Shown piece by piece: positions 20,249 to 30,651 of a stretch of 64,000 nucleotides of DNA. The first letter of the stretch is position 1. Each line of letters starts with the position of its first letter. Origin of the DNA: Candidatus Aminicenantales bacterium (GTDB lineage Bacteria; Acidobacteriota; Aminicenantia; Aminicenantales; Saccharicenantaceae). The DNA lies in the NCBI GenBank assembly GCA_049512315.1, contig JBEKXF010000002.1:1-64000 (forward strand), written 5' to 3'. The translations under genes were made by a program, and so were the position numbers. The notes below the pieces were generated by a model. It searched no databases, was not told the DNA's origin, and saw nothing but the letters and a program-made list of their open reading frames with translations.

Positions 20249-20779
20249 ATGAAGATGACATACGAAACCGAGCTGATAAATTCGTCGAGCAGGCCGATCA
20301 CCGTCTGGGACGCGACTGGCCCGCCCCTTTTCGCTGTTCTTCCAGGCAATAAGCGAATCCTAGAGAGCGTCTCGCCCCGTACCCTCTACAGCCGATATTC
20401 GCGCGTCGAGTGGGCGCCCGACGGGGGCGTCGTCCTGACCCCGCGCCCCGGCTTCGAGATGCCTCAGGCAGCCGCCGGGGAGTGGCCCATCGTCCTCAGG
20501 AACATCGACGGCGGGGACGTGGAGACCAGGGAGCTCGAGGGCATCGGCGAGGTCCACGTCCCCCGCGGCATCCCGGTAGTGGTGTTCTGCCCGCCCGACT
20601 CCCCGCTCGCCGCCTACAAGGAGCTCCGCATCGCGGTAACCGCGGAATGGGTCGAGTCGAGAACTTTCCGAGGCTACGCCTACAAGAGCGAACGCCTCAA
20701 GGACACCTGGATCGAGCGCGACGAGGCAGACCTTAAGAGGCTTGACGAGATTCTGGCAGAGACGGGAAGCGACAGATGA
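20249..20779 (+). CDS. Hypothetical protein, paralog of 20926-21513
   Basis: Shares ETELIN, PGxxKRI, YxRYSR, DG, RGIP, RLDE with its neighbour. Confidence 0.75.
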   Translation: MKMTYETELINSSSRPITVWDATGPPLFAVLPGNKRILESVSPRTLYSRYSRVEWAPDGGVVLTPRPGFEMPQAAAGEWPIVLRNIDGGDVETRELEGIGEVHVPRGIPVVVFCPPDSPLAAYKELRIAVTAEWVESRTFRGYAYKSERLKDTWIERDEADLKRLDEILAETGSDR

Positions 20780-20925
20780 AGGGACAGAAGCTGACTTCAT
20801 TCGAACTGCTCCTCTCCTCAAATCGCCCGGTGCAACGAAAGAATGCGGCGGGACGGGGGTGTCCGGGTTTGCTCCTGACGGAACGTGCTCCCGCCCCGCC
20901 CTCCATTCCCTTTTAGGAGGTACAA

Positions 20926-21513
20926 ATGAAAATCAACCCCAATGATTTGTTTGAAACGGAACTTATAAACAAGACCGACGGCGAAAAGATCGTCCTGGAG
21001 TACAGGAAGGAGATGCTGAGGCTCGGCCCGGGCGAAACGAAGCGGATCCATTCGATCGCGCCCACGACGAGCTATGCCCGCTACAGCCGGATCGTCTTCG
21101 AGAAGGACGGCAGCGTGAGCCACAAGGTCAACCCGAAATGGGCCCCTCCCCCGTCGTGGGAAGGCCGCTGGGTCCTGGAGATCGTGAACGAGGCCTATGA
21201 GCACCAAACGATGAGAATAAACCAGGAGAGCGTCTCGGCGTACCGGGGAATCCCCAGGCTTGCGCCCGTCGACATCGACGACCCCCTCGTTTGGGTGCAG
21301 AGGCTGATCATCAAGGAGGCCGTCGAGAGGATGCAGGACGGCTGCCACCCGGGCTACCTGAAGGAGCAGCGGCGGGTCGTCTCCGTCAGGGAACTGCGGC
21401 CGAAACGTGACCTCCTGGCGATCAAGGCCCGGCTGGACGAGCTCGTGGGGGCCAAAGTCATGCGGCCCTTTGCCCTGCCCCCTGATGTAAGGGCGAAGCT
21501 CCAGGAAGACTGA
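20926..21513 (+). CDS. Hypothetical protein, paralog of 20249-20779
   Basis: AGGAGG RBS; shared motifs; ends 8 bp before the terminase-like gene. Confidence 0.75.
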   Translation: MKINPNDLFETELINKTDGEKIVLEYRKEMLRLGPGETKRIHSIAPTTSYARYSRIVFEKDGSVSHKVNPKWAPPPSWEGRWVLEIVNEAYEHQTMRINQESVSAYRGIPRLAPVDIDDPLVWVQRLIIKEAVERMQDGCHPGYLKEQRRVVSVRELRPKRDLLAIKARLDELVGAKVMRPFALPPDVRAKLQED

Positions 21514-21521
21514 GTTCGCTT

Positions 21522-23132
21522 ATGGCCCAGTGCCAGGCGCTCCGTGTTGACGGCCGCCCCTGCGGCATGAAGGCCCTCCGGGGCGAGCCGTTCTGCGTCC
21601 GCCACAGCGAGAAGACCAGCCCTAGGGACATTATCGAAGCCATGTTCGACAGGCGGGCCTTCGGGAAGCAGTTCCACGACCCGGCGACGTGGTCGAACTG
21701 GGTCGTGTGCCTAAAGACGATCTATGGCCTTCAACTGACGTCCCAAGAACTTGAAATCTTCAGAGCCTGCACCGGAAGGGCCCATCCTCGGCCAGGGGGC
21801 TACGAGGAGGTTTTCATCATCGCCGGGAGGCAGGGCGGGAAGTCAACGACCATGGGCTTCGTGGCCGCATACGAGGCGGCCCTGGGCGGCTGGGAGAAGA
21901 AGGTCGGCCCGGGCGAGCAATGGAACATCTTCTGCCTGGCCGACACGAGGGAGCAGGCGGGCATCGTCTTCGGCAACATCAAGCGGTTCCTTAAACCCTT
22001 CCAGAGGCTCGTCAGGCGCGAGACGAACGACGAGCTCGACCTCGTCAACGGGGCTCACATCGCCGTCAAGGCGTCGGACTTCAGGTCGGTCAGGGGCTGG
22101 CGGCTGGCCCTGGTCGTCCTCGACGAAGTGGGGTTCTTCCCCAATGACAACGTCGACGAGCTCGTCTCGGCGCTGACGCCCTCGATCATCCCCGGCGGCC
22201 GGCTGATAGGCATCTCCAGCCCGAACAGGAAGGCGGGTTCGCTCTGGGCCCTATACGAAAAGTTTTGGGGGCGGGACGACGCCGACACGCTCGTCTTCAA
22301 GGCACCGACTAAGCTCCTAAACCCGACTTTCTCGGACAGGAAGATCGCCCGGGACATGGAACGGGACCCAGAGAGGTGCAGGGCAGAGTACGAGGCCGAG
22401 TTCCGAGATGACACAGGAGCGCTCTTCGACGGGGAGAAGCTAAAGGCCGCGGCGACAGGAAAGGAAAGGCCGGCCGAGAAGGGCGTGAGATACCAGGCTT
22501 TCATCGACGCCTCCGCGGGCAAGAACGATAGCATGACGCTGGCCATTGCCCACGCCTTTGAGGAAACGGTCTATCTCGACTTGGTCCGCGAAAATGCGCC
22601 GCCCTTTGACTTCGTCAAAGTTGTCGAAGGATATGCAGACCTCTTGCGAGAATATAGCATCCATGAATGCTGGGGCGACAGGTATGCGTTCGCCTCGCTC
22701 GAGAGCCAGCTCAGGTGGCACAGGATCGCCCTGAACCAGAGCAAGGCCAATGCCACCGAATTCTATCTGAAGTTGAAAGCGCTCCTCCAGGCAGGGGCCG
22801 TGGTCCTCTTGGATGACAAGAAGCTGACCGACCAACTGAAGCGGCTCGAGCTCCAGACGCTGCCCAGCGGGGCCGAGAGGATCGACCACCCGAAGAACGC
22901 CAACGACGACGTGGCCTCGGCTGCGGCCGGGGCGATCTACCATGTGTGCAAGGGGATGGCGTCCAGGCAGCCCACGCCTGGAATCGTCGTCCAAAGGCAC
23001 GAGCACCCAGACCTGCAGCGCGAAAAGGAGCTGGCGGCAAAGGAAGGGTTGGAGAACTGCGAAAAAGAGATGATGGACTACATCAACGAAACTGAAGGGG
23101 GGCTCAGCATTCCAGTCAAGCCTGGGCGCTAA
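21522..23132 (+). CDS. Terminase large subunit-like ATPase/nuclease with N-terminal Cys/His finger
   Basis: AGRQGGKST Walker A, VVLDE Walker B, ISSP, EYEAEF, FIDASAG..DS and DHP..NDD nuclease acids. Confidence 0.8.
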   Translation: MAQCQALRVDGRPCGMKALRGEPFCVRHSEKTSPRDIIEAMFDRRAFGKQFHDPATWSNWVVCLKTIYGLQLTSQELEIFRACTGRAHPRPGGYEEVFIIAGRQGGKSTTMGFVAAYEAALGGWEKKVGPGEQWNIFCLADTREQAGIVFGNIKRFLKPFQRLVRRETNDELDLVNGAHIAVKASDFRSVRGWRLALVVLDEVGFFPNDNVDELVSALTPSIIPGGRLIGISSPNRKAGSLWALYEKFWGRDDADTLVFKAPTKLLNPTFSDRKIARDMERDPERCRAEYEAEFRDDTGALFDGEKLKAAATGKERPAEKGVRYQAFIDASAGKNDSMTLAIAHAFEETVYLDLVRENAPPFDFVKVVEGYADLLREYSIHECWGDRYAFASLESQLRWHRIALNQSKANATEFYLKLKALLQAGAVVLLDDKKLTDQLKRLELQTLPSGAERIDHPKNANDDVASAAAGAIYHVCKGMASRQPTPGIVVQRHEHPDLQREKELAAKEGLENCEKEMMDYINETEGGLSIPVKPGR

Positions 23133-23226
23133 TCTGTCCCCTTAAAACACCCCTAAACCCCTTCCCTGAAATCCTGATGGCCCACGGGTTCCGGCTTTAA
23201 CTCTAAAGGCCAGCAAAGCCCCCCCC

Positions 23227-24132
23227 TCAGTCCTTGCCGAATATCCAAATCGCCGTGTGCCCTTCTACAGTGAGACGAGCGTCCGGTCCAAACCTGTATT
23301 CGGTTCTCGGCTCGACGGCTCTCTTCAGCGTGCAGACAACCTTACGGATCCGGTAAGTTGGGTTCGGCAGCGTGCTCACGAAGAACGTGAAAGTCCCCTC
23401 ATGATATGCCTTCTTTCCGCGGTCTTCGGAGACGCTGTATCCGAGCGCCGTGACGAACTTATCGAAGGATACGCTTTCGGATGCGTCAAGCTCGAGATGC
23501 ACTTCCGAAAGATCATTGAAGAGCCTCGATTCAAAAGCTTTCTTCTCCTCAGATGTCGTGTATCGAGAGGCGTTGTAGCCGTGGCGATCAAACAGGCCAT
23601 CCTTCGTGAGTTCGATATTGCGGAACTTGATGTAGTCGCTGCGGAAATCCATCAGCCAGGTGCTGAAAGCCACCTTGTCGAGGGACTGAAGGCGGATGCT
23701 GTCGAACCAAGGGATGTTGTCTTTCCCCTCGACCTTCCTCGATAGATCGGAGAGCGTTTTCTCACCCGGCAAAGAGTCCAGTTTCCTTTTGATCGCTCCG
23801 CCGCTGCCCAGCCTTGAAGCGCTGAAACCAATCCCTGATGAGCCGTCCGTGAGACCCTCGGAGCCGCCCGGCGCGAAAAGTTCCAGGTAAGCGCGCCAGC
23901 CCATGAGGTAGGTTCCCGTCCAACTCTCGGTGACGGTCTTGATGGTTTCCTGCTCGAACATACTGAATTGTTCGGAGATGAACGCCGACTTAGCGATCGA
24001 ATCAATCGTGCCCTTTTGAAGCGTCACGTAAACATGGTTTAGCTCGACCGACGGCTGGCCTGGCGTTTGTGCCCAGAGCGAAACCGCGAAGACCAAGGCC
24101 GCTATGCTGACCACAAGAGTAGTGCTTTTCAT
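23227..24132 (-). CDS. Secreted DUF5829-like protein
   Basis: Signal peptide MKSTTLVV; LNHVYVTL, WTGTYL.G..YLELF. Confidence 0.7.
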   Translation of the reverse strand: MKSTTLVVSIAALVFAVSLWAQTPGQPSVELNHVYVTLQKGTIDSIAKSAFISEQFSMFEQETIKTVTESWTGTYLMGWRAYLELFAPGGSEGLTDGSSGIGFSASRLGSGGAIKRKLDSLPGEKTLSDLSRKVEGKDNIPWFDSIRLQSLDKVAFSTWLMDFRSDYIKFRNIELTKDGLFDRHGYNASRYTTSEEKKAFESRLFNDLSEVHLELDASESVSFDKFVTALGYSVSEDRGKKAYHEGTFTFFVSTLPNPTYRIRKVVCTLKRAVEPRTEYRFGPDARLTVEGHTAIWIFGKD

Positions 24133-24178
24133 CTTCCCTCCCTGTTTGGACTGAAAACCTATATTAAGGCCTTCAACC

Positions 24179-27100
24179 CTAAAGACCGGCCAGCCTCCGC
24201 TTGGCGTCCGTAACCTCGGGCAGGCCCGGGTCGGCGTCCTTCCAGAGGTCGAGGAATTTGCGGTAGTTCGTGATGGCTCGCGTCTTGTCTCCCTGCTGCT
24301 CGGCGATCTTCCCCAGCATGTAGAACGCATTGGCGTAGAGGTCGCCATGCCAAACCCTTCCGATTGTTAGCCGTGTGATTTTTTCACATTCTTTGCAAGA
24401 TTTCTCCAGATCCCCAGACTTGTATAGGGATAGGGCAAGACCGTAAAAGTAGATAGCATGGTCAAACTCACGACCAGGATCGCTTTCGAACCGCAGTCGG
24501 GCGCACGCCCTTCCAAAAAAGTCTAAAGCCTTCTTATGGTTCCCATTTCCAAGCTCTATCAGCCCCAGTATGTATTCAAAGAACCGAAGCTCTTCTGTGT
24601 TGATGCCCGTATCGATCAGAGCTTTCAGCTCCGCGGCGGTCTTTCTTGCCTCATCGAACGATTTCATCTTCGCCTGAATTCTTCCTTTGACGAAAAGGTC
24701 TCTTTTTTGCTGACTTGGTAAATAGGACAGTGCGGATTCACCCGCTGATTTTCGATACTCGGCCGAGAGCTTCAGATGCTGACCAAAAGCCTGATAGGCT
24801 TCTTCATAGCGACCGGCTTTTTCCAGCGCGACTGCCAAATCCACATATGCTCCTGCCTCCTTTTCTTTGTCTCCTTTCGATTTCTCGAGATCCTGTCGGC
24901 ACAGGTTGACGTTCTCATTGAATTTTCCGCGGCTCAGAAGAAGTGCATCATAACCTAGGATCTTCTCCGCGCCGGCGAGATCGTCTTTGGAGAGAAGGGC
25001 CCAACCCATTTGGTATTTCCACCAAACAGGGTCGAGGAGATAGTTTTTTTCCGCCTCGCTAACAGCAAGGTCGAACAGCCTTCGGCATAAGTAGCTAGAA
25101 ACCAACGCAGAGCGAACATAGGAATTATCTTCGACGTCCTGGAGGAACGAACGGCACAGATTCTCTGCTTTTTGATATAACCCTTTCGCCATATAACCGC
25201 CCGCCAGGCCTCCGACGATGAAGGCGTTGCTTCGGTTCTGATTCGCGACTTCGTAGTGTTGAATAGACTTGTCAATGTCTCCGGCCAAATCATATGTGAA
25301 AGCCAAAGCGGAATGGCCCACGGCGTCGCTGGGGTAGGCCTTCACCAGTTTTTCTAAGATCTCGATGGCCTTCGCATAATCCTCGTCGTTACTAAAGACC
25401 TGAGCTTCGATGAGCAGCCGCTCGTTTTCAGGAAGCCGCGTGCTCAGCTCGAGAGCTTTCTTGAAGTATTTCCGGGCTTCAGCGGCATGCCCGAGATTAT
25501 TGTGTACCATCGCAAGTGATCGATAAGCCATGGCGAATTCGGGGTCTATTTCCACCGCTTTCTCCATGTAGGCGATGGCCTGTTCATATTCCAGTTTGTA
25601 AATGTGTCTCCTGCCTTCAATGTAATACTTGAGGGCTTCGGGAGAAGAGGTGGTGATCTTACCCGCCTCTTTTTCGACGTCGCTGGCAATCTGAGTCGCA
25701 GTGAGGTTAAGCCCTTCCTTGACCTGCCGCACTAACTCATCAACCTTGGCGATAATGTCCTTCTCATCACGGGCTTCAAGCCGGAGGTCTGTCGATCTCT
25801 CGGCAGTGCCCGGCTTCTGTAGGCCGGCGGTGATGATGAAGCCTTCGCCGGCCTTGATGAAGCTCCCTCTCAGGACATGGCTGGCCCGGGTCTGGGCGGC
25901 GATCTTTTCGATATCTTCCGAGGAATATTTTCTGGCGTCTGTAAGGCCGAGTTTCTTGAGGGTTGTGTAGATTTCCTCACTGGTAACGACTCGTCGGATG
26001 TACTTTGACTGGGAGATGTCCGTGTTGATCAGCTCTGCCAGCACTTCACGTAAATAATCCAGCTTTGAATCTCCAGACTTGTTCTCAAAGTAAAGGATAG
26101 CGAGCGTCGGCTGACCTGACGCGGTAGGAGACGGAGCAGCCTTATTCGAAGGGATAATGCGCCAGAGGAGGAGGCCGACTGCAACCAGAGCGAGTAGCGC
26201 AATGGCTGGGATGATCAATTTCTTCGCCGAAAAAGTAACCGTGATCTGCCTGGAGGTCATCGGTCTGCGTTTCGCGACGATGCGCTCCGTCGTCGGCAAT
26301 CCCTGCTCGACCTGCTCCAGGTCCGCGTGCAGGTCCTCTGCCGTCTGATAACGCTTCCCCTTGTCCTTCTCCAGGCACTTCAAGATCACTCTGCTCAGGC
26401 CCTCAGGAATCTGGGTGTTGAGCTCCCGTGGATTCCGCGGCCGCTCGCTCTTGTGCTTGACGGCGATAGTTAACGGCGTATCGCCCTCGAACGGGACCCG
26501 GCCAGTGACCATCTCGAAAAGGATGACCCCGAGCGAGTAGATATCCGATCTCTGATCGACCTCCTTGCCCTCGACCTGCTCCGGGCTCATATATTCCGGT
26601 GTGCCGATCATCACCCCGGCGCCCGTGATGCTCTTGGCCGAAAGCGACCGGGCGATCCCGAAGTCCATGATCCGGGCGTTCCCGTCCTCGTCCACCATGA
26701 TGTTCTGGGGCTTCAAATCCCGATGGGCGATCCCGAGGTGATGGGCCTCCGCCAGGCCTTCGCAGATCTGCTTCGCGATCGAGACCGCCCTGCCGGTTCC
26801 TAGCTGGCCGGTCTTACGGATGAGTTTCTTCAAGTCCTCGCCCGGAACATACTCCATCGTGATGAAGGTCGTGCCCTCGGCCTTGCCCAGGTCGAACATC
26901 CGGCAGACATTCCTATGGCTGATTTTCCGGGCGAGCTTTAGCTCATTTGAGAAGCGTTCGACCGTCTCCTTGTCCAGGGCGATCTCAGGCCGCAGGAGCT
27001 TGAGGGCGACCTTCTCTTTGATGTCAGTGTCTTGGACTTTGTAGACCCGGCCCATGCCGCCGTGGCCGAGCTCCTCGATCACTTGGTACCGGCCGGCGAA

Positions 27101-27256
27101 CGTGGAGCCTGTGGTGAGCTCACGAACCGGCGTTTGAAGGGTCTCTGTCATGACCGGAGGATGTTCCTGGGACGGAGGGAGTTGCGTGCCGCACTCCCCG
27201 CAGAACTTCACGGTATCAGGATTATCGGCATGACAGGTCGGGCACTTGTTGGCCAC
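24179..27256 (-). CDS. Ser/Thr protein kinase with zinc ribbon, TM segment and TPR repeats
   Basis: CPTC..FCGECG; GHGGMG, VALK, HRDLKPQN, DFG, GTPEYMSPE; C-terminal TPRs. Confidence 0.95.
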   Translation of the reverse strand: MANKCPTCHADNPDTVKFCGECGTQLPPSQEHPPVMTETLQTPVRELTTGSTFAGRYQVIEELGHGGMGRVYKVQDTDIKEKVALKLLRPEIALDKETVERFSNELKLARKISHRNVCRMFDLGKAEGTTFITMEYVPGEDLKKLIRKTGQLGTGRAVSIAKQICEGLAEAHHLGIAHRDLKPQNIMVDEDGNARIMDFGIARSLSAKSITGAGVMIGTPEYMSPEQVEGKEVDQRSDIYSLGVILFEMVTGRVPFEGDTPLTIAVKHKSERPRNPRELNTQIPEGLSRVILKCLEKDKGKRYQTAEDLHADLEQVEQGLPTTERIVAKRRPMTSRQITVTFSAKKLIIPAIALLALVAVGLLLWRIIPSNKAAPSPTASGQPTLAILYFENKSGDSKLDYLREVLAELINTDISQSKYIRRVVTSEEIYTTLKKLGLTDARKYSSEDIEKIAAQTRASHVLRGSFIKAGEGFIITAGLQKPGTAERSTDLRLEARDEKDIIAKVDELVRQVKEGLNLTATQIASDVEKEAGKITTSSPEALKYYIEGRRHIYKLEYEQAIAYMEKAVEIDPEFAMAYRSLAMVHNNLGHAAEARKYFKKALELSTRLPENERLLIEAQVFSNDEDYAKAIEILEKLVKAYPSDAVGHSALAFTYDLAGDIDKSIQHYEVANQNRSNAFIVGGLAGGYMAKGLYQKAENLCRSFLQDVEDNSYVRSALVSSYLCRRLFDLAVSEAEKNYLLDPVWWKYQMGWALLSKDDLAGAEKILGYDALLLSRGKFNENVNLCRQDLEKSKGDKEKEAGAYVDLAVALEKAGRYEEAYQAFGQHLKLSAEYRKSAGESALSYLPSQQKRDLFVKGRIQAKMKSFDEARKTAAELKALIDTGINTEELRFFEYILGLIELGNGNHKKALDFFGRACARLRFESDPGREFDHAIYFYGLALSLYKSGDLEKSCKECEKITRLTIGRVWHGDLYANAFYMLGKIAEQQGDKTRAITNYRKFLDLWKDADPGLPEVTDAKRRLAGL

Positions 27257-27317
27257 TGCTGGCCCCCTTTTCTATGCAGGCCTCAGATTAACAGAGGGAT
27301 GAGCGGGAAGTCAAACT

Positions 27318-27339
27318 TGGGCGCGCCCAGAGGGATTCG
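27318..27339 (-). other. tRNA-Arg-like 3'-end remnant (possible left att)
   Basis: tgggcgcgcccagagggattcg resembles tggcgtgcctaagaggattcg at 43669 in the same orientation (15/21). Confidence 0.45.
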
Positions 27340-27487
27340 CCCCTCCCCGAAACCCCGATAGCCTACGATCCCAGTAGGATTAGTGTTTTCCGCATTCCGC
27401 CCGTTATCTGCGGCTTGCTGACGGACATTCTTGTGTGCTTTCCGGGACCGGTCTGAGATCGTCTACATCGTCCTCTGGAAGGCTGGC

Positions 27488-27679
27488 CGGCTGCCCAAAA
27501 GCAAGCAGGCCGCCCGCGTCGCCGCCAAGCATCCGGTGACCCTCGACAAGCGCTTCATCCACGCCAGGCCGGAGCGGAAGGAGGAGGACTAGGTCCGCAC
27601 AGCCCCATTGGTCATTAAGCCCCGCCTGGAAGGCGAGGCTTTTCTTATGTTCTTAGTTCGATTTATTGAGGGCAGGTCA
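27488..27679 (+). repeat. Dispersed repeat copy 1 (peptide remnant + terminator + IS3-like end)
   Basis: Encodes RLPKSKQAARVAAKHPVTLDKRFIHARPERKEED*; hairpin 27617-27643; ends gagggcaggtca. Confidence 0.9.
27617..27643 (+). terminator. Intrinsic terminator in repeat copy 1
   Basis: aagccccgcc-tggaa-ggcgaggctttt. Confidence 0.65.
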
Positions 27680-27808
27680 GAACGACTTGGCCAGATTCCA
27701 CGTCCTTGTGCCAAAGAAGAGAGACGTGTGAATCCCCGCCAAGCTCTCTAGCCAGGGAACTAACCTTGCTCGGTTGCGGATTGTAAAGCGGATTGCTATG
27801 ATTAATTC

Positions 27809-28435
27809 ATGCATCTATGGCGCAAGAGACATATGCGCACCCTGCTGTTGGTCACAGCCGTGCTGGTCGTCCTGCCAAGTTATTTGCGGCTCTATTCACT
27901 CACAGGGGGTTCGGCAGCCCCGACAATTCTACGTGGCGACAGATTTGTTGTGAATCGCGCGGCGTACGATTTGCGAGTACCATATTCCCGCATTACGTTA
28001 TTCCGTACGCGTTCGTTGCGGCGTGGAGACATAGTCCAGGCCCAGCTCCCCGCCCGCATCGGAATTGACATCAAGCGTGTTCTTGGGTTACCTGGCGAAA
28101 CGATTGAAGTGCGTGAGAATCGTGTCATTGTCAATGGCCGGCCCCTACCTGTTCAGTCGCTTGACAACATCGATTTCGGCTGGGTGCCAACGGCATACCG
28201 CATAGGATCTACGGTCGTGATGGAGGACGGCCACTGGGCCGCCTACACGCCCGGAAAGAACCAGTATCGGAGTTCCCCGCCTGTCCAGCTTGGTCCCGGA
28301 GAGTACTTTCTGATGGGTGACAACCGGGATAATAGCTTTGATTCACGTGCATTTGGTCCAGTATCTAGGGAACGGATTTTCGGCAAAGTGATTGCGGTGA
28401 TCCCGACCCGCCAACGTGTTGCGAAGCGCGATTAA
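27809..28435 (+). CDS. lepB: Signal peptidase I
   Basis: GGSAAPT..GD (Ser), IKRVLGLPGE (Lys), GDNRDNSFDSR. Confidence 0.9.
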   Translation: MHLWRKRHMRTLLLVTAVLVVLPSYLRLYSLTGGSAAPTILRGDRFVVNRAAYDLRVPYSRITLFRTRSLRRGDIVQAQLPARIGIDIKRVLGLPGETIEVRENRVIVNGRPLPVQSLDNIDFGWVPTAYRIGSTVVMEDGHWAAYTPGKNQYRSSPPVQLGPGEYFLMGDNRDNSFDSRAFGPVSRERIFGKVIAVIPTRQRVAKRD

Positions 28436-28450
28436 AGAACTTGCCGGGAG

Positions 28451-28584
28451 TGACTTTCCCCGCTCAACGTATCACCTCTGAAGTGAGATCTTCGAGCACC
28501 CGCGCCGAGCGCGTCGCGGCCAAGCACCCCGTGACGCTGGACAAGCGCTTCGTCCACCCCAGGCCGGAGCGGAAGGGAAAGTGA
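28451..28584 (+). repeat. Dispersed repeat copy 2 (IS3-like end + peptide remnant)
   Basis: tgactttccccgctcaacgtatcacc... then AERVAAKHPVTLDKRFVHPRPERKGK*. Confidence 0.9.
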
Positions 28585-28658
28585 ACAGGCCGGACGCCAG
28601 AAGCGCCGTGCCGATTGGGGCGACGTTATTTAAGAAATGACCGCTTGATAGGGTCACT

Positions 28659-29678
28659 TCATCCGTCGCGGTCGAACCATCCCTTCGATAATAGGCATAC
28701 AACGCAGAACTTACCCCCCGGCGTCACCTCCGTTAAATCGTCCTTGTACGTGATGGTTCCGCACCCATCGCAGATCCTGTTGTCAATGCCGATAAGCTCA
28801 GCGTCAGTGAGAGCGAGATCCGCAATGATCCGGGGGTTCGTCCGGCAGTACAAGCAGAGGAAGAGACCCGGCCTTACCTCGGTCAATTCTCCCTCCCAAT
28901 ACAATTTTTCACACCCGTCGCACTCCGCGATCTCGCTCGGGTTCCGCTCTTCGCGGATGATCGGGGCGTCGACTCGCTGCTCTGCCTCCGTCGGCGGGTC
29001 AACGGGCTGCTCCTTGGGGTCGAACGTGCGCTCTGGCGCTGCCTCCTTTTGCTCCTTAGCTTCGAGCGCACGCTCCGATGCTGGATCTTTGCCTGCCTGG
29101 CCCATCCCATTACGCTGCGTCCCAGGCTGGCTCTCAGTTCTCTTGTTGGTGAAAATGACCTCACCCCTGGTTGATTCGTTTTGGCTTGTGACAATCGCGC
29201 CAGGGACCCTTTCCCTGAATATTCGAGGCACGCCGTCTCTCACCCTATTGAGTCTCATCTGGCGGTTGCGCCGATCGACTTCCGATTCGCTCTCCCCAGT
29301 CGCCCAAAGCCCGTCCATGACTTTCCGCAGTTCAAATCCGATGGTATCAACAAGCTCAACACTGCGCCCGTCAACCAGCAGAACGTTTGAACCGAATATT
29401 TTGGCGCACGGCAGATGGGCCAACTCCCAAAGCGTCTGCAGCTCCTCTACTGATTGGCCCTTGGTGACCCGGCCAAGGATCTCCGGATCTTTATAACGGT
29501 CAAAACTGATGTAAAGGGAAAAACCCTTCTCGCCGTTCTCGAATGTGAATGTCACTCCCCCCGGACATCCGTAGCGGCGCCTGAAGGGTCCGGCCTCGAG
29601 GTCTTTTTCGACGAGCTCGTCATCATCAAAAAGTACGTACAGAAGGTTCTTTGACCTATGCAGGGAGATTTCCATCAT
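28659..29678 (-). CDS. Hypothetical protein with two C-terminal zinc-ribbon repeats
   Basis: CDGCEKLYWEGELTEVRPGLFLCLYC and CDGCGTITYKDDLTEVTPGGKFCVVC. Confidence 0.65.
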   Translation of the reverse strand: MMEISLHRSKNLLYVLFDDDELVEKDLEAGPFRRRYGCPGGVTFTFENGEKGFSLYISFDRYKDPEILGRVTKGQSVEELQTLWELAHLPCAKIFGSNVLLVDGRSVELVDTIGFELRKVMDGLWATGESESEVDRRNRQMRLNRVRDGVPRIFRERVPGAIVTSQNESTRGEVIFTNKRTESQPGTQRNGMGQAGKDPASERALEAKEQKEAAPERTFDPKEQPVDPPTEAEQRVDAPIIREERNPSEIAECDGCEKLYWEGELTEVRPGLFLCLYCRTNPRIIADLALTDAELIGIDNRICDGCGTITYKDDLTEVTPGGKFCVVCLLSKGWFDRDG

Positions 29679-29839
29679 CGCACCGCCTTTCTCTGTTCCC
29701 GAGGTCATTTAAGCACAGATTCCCAAGGGCGCGTCAACTTATTTCGCCGCATTCAATTCCATCTCCCCGGAAAGCTCCCTTTGCATTCTGGAATTGCCCA
29801 AGTGAAACTGATTCCATTCCCGCCCCAGAGAGGTTGTCC

Positions 29840-30562
29840 TCAATTGCGTCCATTCCAAGTGGAAGCGTGTGCTCGGAACTTGGCGAAAGTCTTATTGCCG
29901 CAACAGACGTCGCCGAAGAAATCGGCCCGCATCTTTTCAAGGGCCCTCTCTCCCGCGTCATTGGCGGCCGACCCGGGGTGCAGCACCCTGGCCGTCTCGT
30001 TCCTTCGTTCCTGGTCTATCATCTTGTTGACCTTCTTCAAGTCGCCCGCAAAATCCGGGGTTTTAATAGGGGTGCTCAGATGTTCCGCTATCCATCTCAA
30101 CTCCTCAGATTCTTTCTCATACCCTATCCATTGCCAACTGCAGAGATTGGCCCATTTTTCCCTGGCGATGGGGAGCATGTATTTTTCGGTCGCGCCTGTC
30201 TCTTTCTTCGCGCTTTCCGGCAGGGACTTCCACTCGGGCCACTCCCTCGTGTCGACATAGAAAAAGGTCCCGCGCGAGTCTGTGGAAAGGATGAACCAGT
30301 TGACGCAACAGGCGTACGTGAGTTTCGCACACCACGCTGCCCGGTTCTTTCTCTTGGTCTCGACGTATCTTGCCCAGCCCGCCTTCACTATGGGCTTATG
30401 CTTTGAGCAGTACCCGGCACGGCTTCCCCAATACAACCGGCCGCAGTCGTGAAACCGACAATTATTGAGCGACTTGCCTCCGGACGAGAAGTATCTGTTG
30501 CAGATTCCTACCAACCAAAGCCCGACTTTGCCGTGCTTCTTCCTACTGTAGATCATGCTCAT
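29840..30562 (-). CDS. Cys/Trp-rich hypothetical protein
   Basis: 240-aa ORF co-oriented between two unknown genes; CRFHDC..YCSKH. Confidence 0.55.
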   Translation of the reverse strand: MSMIYSRKKHGKVGLWLVGICNRYFSSGGKSLNNCRFHDCGRLYWGSRAGYCSKHKPIVKAGWARYVETKRKNRAAWCAKLTYACCVNWFILSTDSRGTFFYVDTREWPEWKSLPESAKKETGATEKYMLPIAREKWANLCSWQWIGYEKESEELRWIAEHLSTPIKTPDFAGDLKKVNKMIDQERRNETARVLHPGSAANDAGERALEKMRADFFGDVCCGNKTFAKFRAHASTWNGRN

Positions 30563-30651
30563 GTCAGGACGCTTTCACCGCATTCGCGACCGCGGGCACG
30601 GGGCAGGCGATGACGGCCGGGGACTCGTTGCTTCCAGAACAACGGCTGTTT

